Source of the DNA: Octopus vulgaris
Lineage: Eukaryota
Assembly: GCA_951406725.2 (NCBI GenBank)
Contig: OX597823.1
Span: 61,938,001 to 62,002,000 of the forward strand
Length of the DNA: 64,000 nucleotides
Direction: 5' to 3'
Every line of letters begins with the position of its first letter. The first letter of the stretch is position 1. This document shows, piece after piece, positions 1 to 11,068 of this stretch. The translations under genes and the position numbers were made by a program. A model generated the notes under the pieces. The model saw only the letters and a list, made by a program, of their open reading frames with translations. It was not told the origin of the DNA and searched no databases.

Positions 1-11
1 AAGCAGGAATA

Positions 12-53
<42 letters not shown>

Positions 54-88
54 CATACATACATACACACATACATACATACATACAT

Positions 89-122
<34 letters not shown>

Positions 123-133
123 ACACACACATA

Positions 134-290
134 TCATCATCATTTAATGTCCATATTCCATGCTAGCATGGGTTGGACGATTTGACTGAGGACTGGCAAA
201 CCAGATGGCTGCACCAGGCTCCAATCTTCATCTGGCAGAATTTTTACAGCTTTTTGCCCTTCCTAACGTCAACCACTCCTAGAGTATGGC
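134..290 (-). mobile_element. RTE-type LINE 3' tail fragment with (GAT)n end
   Basis: Reverse complement of the 3' end that follows the RTE ORF remnant at 10367-11068 (catcatcatttaatgtcc...catgctagcatgggttggac...gcccttcctaacg). Confidence 0.75.
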
Positions 291-391
291 CATTGCACAA
301 AGCTTAACTGTTACTGGTGCTGTGATCGAATGTGACTTTTTAGCCCAGCTAAAGATCTACATACATACATACATACATATATATATATATA

Positions 392-590
392 TATCATTTG
401 CCATGATAGATCGCTAGCCACTACACATTCCTTATTTTCTCTCCCTGTTTCTTTCTGTGTTCCTTTCTGTGGAAGAGCGTAGGCTCGAAACATTAAAAAC
501 GTTTTCACTTCCCGAGCGTCAAACTAATACATCTGTTTGTTGTCTACACCACCTTTCTTCCTCTTTTGTTTTTTTGTGAATTCTCCCCCC
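392..590 (+). mobile_element. Short Penelope-like terminal-repeat fragment with degenerate hammerhead core
   Basis: Lies between (TA)n runs and contains GGAAGAGC-GTAG-GCTC-GAAAC (471-491), a remnant of a CUGANGA-stem II-GAAAC core. Confidence 0.5.
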
Positions 591-597
591 CCCCCCT

Positions 598-646
<49 letters not shown>

Positions 647-650
<4 letters not shown>

Positions 651-915
651 TCTTCATTTAACATCTGTTCTCCACATGATGGTCTGGACAGTTTGACTGA
701 GGTCTGGAGAGCCAGTGGCTGCACCAGCTGCCAATCTGATCTGGCAATGTTTCTACAGCTGGCTGCCCTTCCTAACGCCAATCACTCCAAGAGCGTAATG
801 GGTGCTTTTTATGTGCCACCAGCACCAGAGCCAGTCAGGCATGTCTGGCATCGTTGGGATAGTGCTTTTTATGTGCCGCCAGCATGGGGGCCAGTCAGTG
901 GGTACTGGCATCAGC
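647..915 (-). mobile_element. RTE-type LINE 3' UTR/tail fragment
   Basis: Same family as 10700-11068, including the gtgctttttatgtgcc repeat units. Confidence 0.75.
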
Positions 916-1441
916 ATCAAAAGGATTCACAGAGCTGAAGAAAATAACAATGAACAATGTAGATACACTACTTCAAATTCATCACCCATAAACAAATCAA
1001 TAAACGTTTTGGAAGAATTCACTATAGATCCTTCACTGGCCTACACACACACACATATACATACATATATATACAAATTCATAATCCTGATATCGTTTTG
1101 AGTTTTAATGTCTTCATAGTTTAATACAGTTTTATGAAGATAAAGAAAAGCAGGAAATCCACCAACAAGAATTTAATATAATATTTTATAATTCATAGGA
1201 TTATAGAAAATAAATATCCCCCACTTTTATTTTGTTTGCTTATCTAAATATTGCCCAACGCTTAAGTATTAGCTTTGGACTGGCTTTATTTACTTTCTCA
1301 GAATGAAAATTACATATGTGGAACACAAAACTATTCAGCTACTAATTGGTTGTTGGTTTAATTGAGGCCATAATAGATATTTACTTATATAAATACTTAG
1401 GTATAGCATTTATATAAGTAAATACATTTACATCAAGATTT

Positions 1442-1738
1442 ATATACATACACACACATGGATGTGTATGTGTTTATGTGTGTGTATGTGTTTGTGTGTG
1501 TATGTGGATGTGTTTGTGTATGTGTTGTGTATGTATGTGTGTGTGTTGTGTATGTGTGAGTGTTTATGCATGTGTGAGTGTTTATGTATGTGTGTTTGTT
1601 TTTATGTATGTGTGTGTGTTTATGTATGTGTGTGTGTTTATGTGTATGTATATATGTATGTTTATGTATGTGTATGTATCTATGTTTGTTTATGTATGTG
1701 CATGTATATATGTTTGTTTATGTATGTGTATGTATATA
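1442..1738. repeat. Compound (TG)/(TGTA) microsatellite
   Basis: Directly visible; explains the VC/YV-rich ORFs 1462-1743 and 1478-1783. Confidence 0.95.
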
Positions 1739-1849
1739 ATTAACCATAGCTCAGGATTGGGAGCTCATAAAGGATTAGAATAAAGTTTGAATGAAAGCTT
1801 TAAGTTTTATTTCAGAGTACCAGAGACAATCCTGGCTGAAATTCTACCT

Positions 1850-2915
1850 GTTAAACATCAAGAGTTGCTCTTTTTTTTTTTGGCAATAAGTTCCTCAATC
1901 CTCTTCCTGACTGCACCACAAGCTTTCTTAATGAATTCCTCATCAATGTCTTCCTCCCACATCCCATGGATGGAGTTCTTGAGAGCTTGCAGGTTACTGT
2001 GGGGCTCCTTACAAGCTTTTCTGACCAGCTCATTCCAGATGCTGAATTCTAAATGGTTCAAATTCGGTAACGAAGGGGACCAAGTGTCCCTGCCCCAAAA
2101 CTTGTTTCCATACTCATCCCTGAGAAAGTTTTGAGCCACTGCAGTTGGGTGACAAGGAGCTTCATCTTGCTGGAATGGTAACTTGAAGTCTTGTTGGGTT
2201 TTCCTTCTCTTGCTTCAGGATATTCAGAAAGAATCTGGGCTGTTACATCTTTCAAAACCTGAACATAACAAACACCCTCAGTCTCTCAGCCTTCACAAAC
2301 ATGATCAATAGCATCTTCTTGCCATCAGAGGCCATGCTGCAAAATCACCACCTTGGCAGGGTTTTTGCACCTGAAAATGACATTTTTTGGCTCTGTCATT
2401 AGGATTTGAAGTCCAAACATAGCTGTTATGTCTGTCTATGTGCATATCTTGAGTGAAATTTTTCTCGTCTGTATAAAAGATCATTTCAGAATTATGTTTC
2501 ACTTTGTTCAAGATGATCTTCACCCTCTCCAGTCTTCTAACCTTTTGTCCTGGAGTAACAAGGTGCCTCAGTCTTGTGTTCAATTTCCTTTTCAAATATT
2601 CAGTCACTGCTCTTTGAACTATCATAGCTGAAGCTCCACTCTCACATGACAAGCATCTTATGGATTTAGTTGGATCTTTTCTGACTGATCTCTTCAGTTC
2701 CAGATTGAAATGATGATCCCTCTTGCAGTTACAACCTCCTGATCCAGTTTTCCTCTCCACTATTCCCTCATTCTCAAACTTATTTACAATTCTCTTCGTG
2801 ATTTTTGAATGGACTTTGAAGATAGAAGCCAGAGAATGAATGTTGGTATTATTACTGAAGGCCTGGATGATCTTAGCCCTCTCAACATTGCTCAGTTGGT
2901 GAGGCTGGCACAAAA
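1850..2915 (-). mobile_element. Decayed IS630-Tc1-mariner transposase, maT/DD37D (Bmmar1)-like, frameshifted
   Basis: ORF 2305-2913 has an HTH region (ERKTGSGG...KRSVRKDPTKSIR) and the first catalytic motif IFYTDEKNFT. The frame of ORF 1858-2139, extended upstream, gives FQQDEAPCH...WSPSLPNLNHLEFSIW...KACKEPHSNLQALK, matching the QQD..P.H / WPxxSPDLNPLD motifs. TIRs not identified. Confidence 0.9.
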
Positions 2916-3084
2916 GGATTTCGGCCTGTTCTCTTTCTAGCAGCTAAATATCTCAATGGGTATTTCACTGATTCTTACAAAACTGGTATTAGTATGGCCA
3001 CACATCTCATCTGGAAAAGAAGTCTTAAGAATTTGTGAGTTTTAAGAATTTTGCTGGTATACGCAGTATGTGTGTGTGTATTTA

Positions 3085-3290
3085 TCTATTATATAAAATC
3101 CATTCTGTCTGCCTGTGTGTGTGTCTTCTAGGATCTCAGGCATCCTCCATCCAATTGCGCTCAAATTTGATATGTAGATACCAACGGTATCAGGACATGC
3201 ATAAGTCTTGAAAAAATTACAAAAATCGATTCCAGGTGAGAATGCGATTGATAAAGCTGTGGGAACGTGCATTTGTACGCGTAATAAAAT
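3085..3290 (+). mobile_element. Probable non-autonomous Helitron-like 5' end
   Basis: A|TCTATTATATAAAA start followed by tctgtctgcctgtgtgt and ccaattgcgctcaaatttg, the typical layout of small invertebrate Helitrons. No 3' CTAG/hairpin found. Confidence 0.5.
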
Positions 3291-4003
3291 TGTTTTTCTT
3301 TGGAATAGAAAAAAGTCTATCTTTATTTCTTCTTTTCTTAAGAATTTAGGTTAAATCAGTGTTTCTGAAAAGGGAGAAATTTAGGTTAAATCAGTGTTTC
3401 TCAAAGGAGAGGCCTATGGGACAGTCGGACAAGTTGTTTTGAGAAAATTTGGTGTAAATGTTTGACAACTCTGTACCGTCCATTGGACAGGGGGCGTTTT
3501 GCTCATATATATATATATATAATTTCGTTTTGGGATTTGGTTTGCAAGATTCATTATGTGAGTTTGTGTATTGAAGCATATTCTGTTGTGTTTGGGGGGA
3601 GTCATTCTCTTTTAGTGTCTTATAATTTAACACACTCGCCAGCAAAATTTCCACTCATTTACTTATTAATTTGTTAAAAATTTTTGTTGTCTTGCAACAT
3701 TTTCAATAGTTGTTTACTCTGTCAGACTCTCCCCAGTTACAACAGTATACACATGTGTGTGTGGTGTGTGCGTATGTGTTTGTGTGTGTGTTTATGTGTG
3801 TGTATGTAAATAAATATACACATACATATAGTATAAGCATATGAAGATATACATAAGAATGTGTATATGCAAACACATTTAGGTGTGTATATATGTGAAT
3901 ACACGTGACTTCATGTATACATACATGTTTGTGTGTACATCTATACATTACATATTAATGTGTATGTATGCAAATATACAATGTGTGCGTGTTTGTGTAG
4001 AGG

Positions 4004-4255
4004 TGTAGGAGTAGCTGTGTAATGAAGAAATCTGTTTTGCAACCGTGAACTTTCAGGTTTTATCCTAATATGCATCGTCTTGAGCAAGTTTTTTTTTTTT
4101 TTACTATAGGCTTGGTTTGGCTACTGACTTACTAGTAGAATTTAGTAAATGGAAATTGTGCAGAAACACGTCATAATACTGGGGATATTATGGTCAACAA
4201 AAACCCTTAGAGGCAGTGACCCCCGCAATAACTCCAGTTTGTTGACTGAAACCAC
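4004..4255 (+). mobile_element. Old tRNA-derived SINE, family A (degenerate)
   Basis: gtaggagtagctgtgtaatgaag head and gactgaaacca tail align with 45882-46278. Confidence 0.65.
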
Positions 4256-4735
4256 TAAAAGAATACGAATTTATGTATGCATGTATTTACATGTTTGTGT
4301 ATGAATGCTTGAACATGTATGCATATGTATAAATGTAAGCATTTGTATATATACAAGTGCATATGCATATCATATGGCAAGCAGAGATATTGGAGATGAA
4401 TTTCAACACAGCATGCGAGGGATTTCTGTTTCCCCAATTTGTTTTACAAGGTCTCTTGGTCCTCAATTTCATGATGTTTATATAGTTACATTTGTGTGTG
4501 CATTCATATATTTTAGAAGCTCCAAGGTGATGAGCAAGCACTTAGCTTTGACTGTACTGTATCTTATAGCAGAAACAGCTGTAAGCTAATGAAGTTGATT
4601 ATGTAATTCCTGTCCCCTTGTCATTTATTTAATTTCATATTATGAACTGTACTCACCTAACACTTTATTTTGTAGCATATGTATTTTGAGTTTCAACACC
4701 AGGCTATTACTATCAATATACCTAAGTGAAATCTT

Positions 4736-4791
<56 letters not shown>

Positions 4792-4876
4792 ATGGCATAT
4801 GCATATACATACATGCCAAGTGGATGTGAAATGAATACAAAGATTATAGATGTACATGCTTATAAGCATACATATG

Positions 4877-5225
4877 TCATCATCAACGTCGTTTAACGTA
4901 TGCGTTCCATCCTTGCATGGGTTGGGCAGTTTGACTGAGAACTGGCAAGCTGGGAGGCTGCACCAGGCTCCATTCTGATTTGGCAAGGTTTCTACAACTG
5001 GATGCCCTTCATAATACTAACTGCTCCAAGGGTGTAATGGATACTTTTATGTGCTATTCAGGTGGCACTGGCATTGGCCATACTCAAATGGTGCTTTTTA
5101 CATGCCATCTACATGGGTGCCAGTCATGTAGCACTGGCATTGGCCATGTTTGAATTGTGCATTATACATGCTACCAGTACAGATGCCAATCAGGCAGCAC
5201 TGGCATGAGCTACACTCGAATGGTG
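4877..5225 (-). mobile_element. RTE-type LINE 3' UTR/tail fragment with internal tandem units
   Basis: catcatcaacgtcgtttaacg...catgggttgggcagtttgactgag...ggatgcccttc followed by repeated gcactggcat(t)g units. Confidence 0.75.
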
Positions 5226-6974
5226 TATGTATGGATGTATAAAAATTCACAAATTACTATGTGAAATATGAATGCATTTGTGACTGCATATATATCCACC
5301 TCCAATACCTACACATGCAGAGCAGTGAATTATCTTATGTTGCAGTGATCTCATGGATTGTGAAACATTTGATGTCTGTGTGTTGTGTATAGCAAAACAG
5401 ATGTAGTATCTACAACCAGAGACTGAAGTTGCTTGTTTACTTCAATTAGAACATATTGCCCAACTATATTTTTTACTTACTTCATGTATGAGTTTTATTT
5501 AATCAAAATTATATGTGTAGATATGAGTGTGTGTGCGTGTGTGTGAATACATATATCCTCGTGACTGTGTGCATGCATGTGTATCTCTCTTTCTATATAT
5601 TAGTATGTATATGACTGCATGTGTTTGTGTATGTATGTACAATTGGGTTTATAGTTTCTTCATATGAAAACCCACAATTTCAGTTGATTTTTTTTTTTAA
5701 TTCTGAGAACTGTCTCTTTTACTTACGTATAAAGATATCCTATTCCACTACAAGTTGGCTTATTTCTCTGACATCAAATCACAGCAAAGCCACTATTTAT
5801 ATTTGTCACACAAATTCATGTAACTGTTTCACACAGTTTAACAGATTTTTTGTTTAGGGTGATGATCTAATTTCATATATACTTGTTTCTTTCCGGCACA
5901 TTGAAAGCTTCTCTCAACTTACTGTTTTGAAATTTTAGCTGCTGTTCTCATGATATTTGTTAGTTCAACTGTTCGGCTGGTGTCTAGTTTTATTGTGTTG
6001 CTCATGTTATTGTTAACTATTAAACTATTACACAGAATGATTTCAACTTCAAAGTGACAGCTAGGATTTCAAGTTATTTATTGATTTTAATTCCTCCAGC
6101 TACTGGTTGAGCTTAGGAAAACAACTTGGAATCAGCAGTACAAAGTATACGTGAGAGAATGGATGAATGACTGTTTGGGTGAATGAATGTGTGTGTGAAT
6201 GAGCAAAATCATCTCCCATATCCTAGTCATCTACAGAGCCAGAATTCAATATGTTTTTTTTTTTACCTGCAAAGACCAGTTTAATATATTAATTTTAAAG
6301 TTTTCATACTAGATGTTAGGGTCAAGGTGAAATTCCTTCGTTCAAAGCTTTTATACGAAAGATATTTTGTTAAGGTAGATTCTGAATATATTCTGAAGTT
6401 TTATAAATATAAATTTAGTTGCTTTTCCTAAATTCTTTTAAATCTGTGATTACTCCCAGAAGTAATTGAAATGGTTTGATACTTTATTTGGCAATGAAAG
6501 GATTACAGAATAACCTGGAATTGAATAATCAGGGCTGACCTAAGCAGACATAGTAGTAAGTAATGCTAATAGGGAAGCCAACTCTTCTAAGGCAGGAAAT
6601 TATGGGAAGCTGTCTTAGTAGCTAGTATACCCAAATTATCCTTTTGTTTCATCTTTATTACTATATATATATATAAATGTAGGTATATAAATGTAGGTAT
6701 ATATATATAAAAATGTATGTATATGTAGCATTTTGTTTGTATAACATGTATATATATTATATATGTAAATGTATGTATATGTTGCGTTTTATATATATTT
6801 ATGTATAACATTATATATATGTATATATCTTCATATATAAAACAGTGTGTGTGTGTGCATGCTCATGGGTGTGTGTTCCTTATGGATTCGAAAACTGAGT
6901 TGTCAATATTGACATATGAGGTATCAAAACATTTGGTACTTTTTCAGCTACAAAATAAAATGTTTTTTGCACAA

Positions 6975-7188
6975 CAAACACAGACACACAAACATATAAA
7001 CACACATATATATATACATATATACGATGGGTTCTTCCAGTTTCCGTCTACCAAATCCACTCACAAGGCTTTGGTCGGCCCGAGACTATAGTAGAAGACA
7101 CTTGCTCAAGGTGCCACGCAATGGGACTGAACCCAGAACCATGTGGTTGGTAAGCAAGCTACTTACCACACAGCCACTCCTGTGCCTA
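6975..7188 (-). mobile_element. tRNA-derived SINE family A, 5' half
   Basis: Reverse complement of the head of 45882-46278 (cagtttccgtctaccaaatccactcacaaggc...cttaccacacagccactcctg). Confidence 0.9.
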
Positions 7189-7444
7189 TATTATATAACT
7201 GGATGTATTTGTAGCTTTATATATATATAAAGGTTTCTATTCATTTATTCTATTTATTCATTTATTTATTTTCTCACTGATTCTTCTCATTTCAAAAACA
7301 CTCTGGCCTTTTGACCACTCCCCTAAGAACAATAGTTGGTGCCCTGTTTATCTCCTAAATACCAACCTACCCAAGAAACGTCCCCCACCACCACTCCATT
7401 AAATCAGCCTAAATGCATAAATACCAGAACTTATTTTGACAGCC

Positions 7445-7495
7445 AGCTTCCTGAAGATTTCATCTGAATGAAACAGTTCTAGTCCTGTAGAAGCT
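7445..7495 (+). ncRNA. Type I hammerhead ribozyme motif (near-intact) in a Penelope-like repeat
   Basis: Stem I AGCTTC(7445-50)/GAAGCT(7490-95); core CTGAAGA 7451-57; stem II 7458-69; GAAA 7470-73; stem III ACAG/CTGT; cleavage triplet GTA 7487-89. The only defect is a U-U mismatch at the first stem II pair. Confidence 0.8.
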
Positions 7496-7705
7496 CCTTC
7501 TATAAAATAAATTACTTTACTCTGCTATGTATTGAGTACCTTATTTACTGTGGTTAACCCCGACTCAACCCGAGACCTACATATATATATTTATATATAT
7601 ATGATATGTGTTTTATTGGTCAGTAGTTCACATGTCTGAAAAGAAGGATACTTTGAAACATTAGCGCAGTCATCTTTAAAAGGTTGTTTCTTATGGCTGG
7701 TGAGA

Positions 7706-7765
7706 GAGTGACGATTGGTTTCACACCTATAAAGCGCTTAGCTCTATAGGCACCTTGTCAGAGTC
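7706..7765 (-). ncRNA. Degenerate type I hammerhead ribozyme motif
   Basis: Minus strand reads GACT-CTGACAA-G-GTGCCTATAGAGC-taagc-GCTTTATAGGTGT-GAAAC-caatc-GTC-ACTC: 13-bp stem II, GUC triplet, core CUGACGA>CUGACAA (CpG-type decay), one stem I mismatch. Confidence 0.65.
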
Positions 7766-9059
7766 AACCTTACATATATATTTTATTTATGTACACTTCA
7801 GCTGAAATTGTTTGTGTGTGAGATACACCAATTTTCTGTGGATGTTTATCCACATTCTGTTTAATTTTATAGTTTATTTATTATGCTCAAGTGGCGAATA
7901 AAGAAATTCTTATTACTTTTGTCACCTCACATAACCACATACTGGATATATCCCTTTGACTATACAATAGCATTTATACAAACCTTTATTATTTTTGGTA
8001 TCAATGTTGTTCTTGTTGTGAAATGATAGAAGAATGTATTAAGCTGCAGAAATGTAAAATAGACATTTCATTTGCGAATCCCATTGGCATACAAGCATTC
8101 CGTACAAACAAACAGAAAGGTTTTTATAGTTTTGTATCAAATACTGAATTTATTTTATACAGCATTTTCTATCAGTTAAACAAACAATACTGCATATATA
8201 TATATATATCTTTATAATTGCCATTGATCCATTTTTACCAAATAAGGACTTTCTAGTTTGACTTAGCTACTCCATAAGTGTTCTTGCATGTGCTATATTC
8301 TTGGATTACCGATATTACCTTCACTGTCCTGGAGTAGGTCAAATGAGTTCTCAAAGATAGACAGTTATCTTGTGTTCAGATTGGACAACTGAACTTGCAT
8401 GCTCATGTGTTTAAATTTTACAATGGTTATTTCATCTCATCCTTTGGAAATGCATACTGCTCTGCTTTTCAAAGTTTTTTTTTCTGTTCTGCATGTATTT
8501 CATTCACTTCACAATAGAAAAGGTATGAATACTAGAACTTCCCATTTCCCTGTCCCTCTTTCTTTCTTATTCTTGGATGTGATATGTAGGGTCATCTCTA
8601 GTTGATATTGAAACTCAGATTACTGGTCCATTTCCCCAAGAGCTTTTTGTGACATAACACTAAGCAGTTAACAATGGTTGGTGGAGTCAGAGCAACAGAC
8701 AAAGTGGAGTTTTTAGTTATGTACCTTTAGAGTCTCAGTTCAAATCTTACCTGCACTGACTTTATAATTGATCCTTCTGGCTTTGTTAGAATAAGTATGA
8801 ATCTTGTATTGGGGTCCATTAAATTGACTGTACCCTTCCACTAGATTTGTGGTCTTATGTTTATGTTGGAAATTTTAAATGTTTACATCAAAGCTTTTAC
8901 TTTAAAACCATACCACTTATAAGCATAGATGAAGTTGGGCCAATAAATTTGAATTGGACAAAGCGAGGTTTTTAATTATATCCCTTTTGCTTTTCTCTGT
9001 GAATCAAACGCATAAAAAGTATCAAGTAGATGAATACTTTGTCAAAAACTTCACTATGC

Positions 9060-9400
9060 ATCACACCCAATCATAAACTTAGACTAATAACATACTATAA
9101 AAACACCAAGATCAAAAGTGTCCTTATCAATAGCTCACCAAAAGCATATAAATCCCTAAACAAGCAACTAATGACCAATATAATCTATAAATTTGTCTAA
9201 AACAACATTGCAAACTTCAAGACTCCAACTGTTATATTGGACATACTTGTGCAACACCCTCTTGTAGGTTCACTTTGCATTTACAAGAAGGAGCTGTGGC
9301 AAAACACAATGTTACACATCACAAAACGAAGTTATATAATAAAATACTAGGAGACAATACTTATATTGCAATACAATGCCAAAATAAATATGCAACCAAT
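9060..9400 (+). mobile_element. Penelope-like element GIY-YIG endonuclease remnant
   Basis: Manual translation across stops and frameshifts: KLRLITYYKNTKIKSVLIN...TNIIYKF...KQHCKLQDSNCYIGHTCATPSCRFTLHLQEGAVAKH...*ETILILQYNAKINMQ, matching the GIY-YIG order IY..C..YIGxT..R..H..H..E..IN. Confidence 0.75.
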
Positions 9401-9689
9401 AATACATACAACAAAAATTAACATGTAGCTACTGACACAGGATCCAAATGGTTAAAACTTTGACCACGACAAACAAATCAGCATGTAAGTACTGATAAAA
9501 AAGGATAATGGTTAAAATAATGACAAAACAACCTTTGGCTAGAAAGTCTTACAAGAAAGTACAAAAAAAAAACAAAAATAAAAGAAATAAAACTAAATAA
9601 AATAAAATGATAGAACTAGAAATAAAAGAAATAGAATAGGCAACTATGCATTTATTGACCCCCACATACACACGAAATGTAATAATTAA

Positions 9690-9905
9690 TATTTTGTAAT
9701 TCAGGTACAAGACTGGCAATTTTTAGTTATGTAAGTTGATTATATTTACCCCAGTACTCAACAGTTACTTTATTTAACAATCCCAGAGGGATGAAAGGCA
9801 GAAATTGACCTTGGTGGGATTTGAATTCAGAGTGTAAAGAGCCAAAATAAATACTGCATAGTATTTTGTCTAATGGTCTAATAATTCTGCCAACTCACTG
9901 CCTTT
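9690..9905 (-). mobile_element. SINE family C copy
   Basis: Reverse complement of 50404-50620 (ccccagtactc...ggatgaaaggc...gaccttgg...tttgaattcagag...ttctgccaactcactgcc). Confidence 0.75.
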
Positions 9906-10329
9906 TTGTAGTGAATAATACTTTTCAAATTTTAGCTCAGGACCAAATACTGAAAGATAAAACAAAATTAGAGTAGGAACATTAGACACCATGTTTCCTC
10001 AGGTGAAAACAAACTGATACCCATTCTTAAATTAAGTGTACAATTCCATTGCACACAATAACATATATTTGATCTAGGTAGTGATCCCACTATTTATCCA
10101 TAATACTTTTAAGTAATACACAAAAGAGCTTCAACCCAGTTATTTGTTCTGCTGAAGTAGCAGCCAAATCTTTCTTGAATCACAATTTGCGATCATTAAG
10201 GAAAAAAGAGAAGAGACACGATGAATGATATTGTAATCTGCTCTGTTGACAATCAAAGGTCTCTCTCTTTCTGAGTGAAAGGAAGATTGCATGATGCATG
10301 TATATGAACAGCAATACTACATAGAAGTG

Positions 10330-11068
10330 AGATGGCCCTGAATAAGGAGGACAGAGTGCTAGTGTATTGAGAGAAAAGTTAGGCATAAGTAGAATTAGAT
10401 GCAGTGTGCAAAAGAGAAGACTGCACTTGTTTGATCATGTGGTGCAGATGAATGCAGACAGCTGCATAAAGAAGTGTCAATCATTTAAAGTGGAAGGAAC
10501 TTGTGGAAGAGGGAGACTCAGCAAGATGTGGGACAAAATACTGAAGGCCTATCTCAGGACACTGCACCTTATGAAGGAGTTGACAAAGGACCAAACTGTC
10601 TGGTACATTACTGTACTCAAGAAAACCCAGCCATCACAGCAGAATTATTACTGCTCCCCTCTCAGCTGAAGGGGTTTTTGCCTTGCAAGAGCCCCATGCT
10701 GATATCACATAAAAAGCACCTGTGCCAATACCACATAGAAAGCACCTGTATTAGCATCACATAGAAAGTGTTTGTGCTGGTGCCACATAAGAAGCACCTG
10801 AGCTAGCACCACATGAAAGGTACTTGGCCTGGACCATGGGGAAAGCATCCATGCTAGGTCATGTAAAAAGCACCTGTACTGGTGCTGCATAAAAAGTATC
10901 TTTGCTGGTGCCATGTAAATAGCACCCAGCACACTCTGGGAAGTGGTTGGCATTAGGAAGGGCATCCAGCCATAGAAGCCAAGCCAAATCAGACTGGAAC
11001 CTGGTCTAGATTTTGGTCAAACCATCCAATCCATACCACCATGGAAAACGGATGTTAAATGATGGTGA
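10330..11068 (+). mobile_element. 5'-truncated RTE-clade LINE: ORF C-terminus, 3' UTR tandem units and (GAT)n tail
   Basis: ORF 10367-10669 (REKLGI..I...VQKRRLHLFDHVVQM...KVEGTCGRGRLSKMW...D...W) matches the RTE C-terminal RRLRWxGHVxRM...GxRxRGRPxxxW motif. It is followed by about nine ~26-bp units and the tail shared by many short copies in the window. Confidence 0.88.

Noticed and set aside
311-362. C2H2-like peptide CRSLAGLKSHIRSQHQ on the minus strand
   Set aside because: Only half a finger abutting a microsatellite; more likely the terminal zinc-finger remnant of an RTE-type LINE than a host exon.
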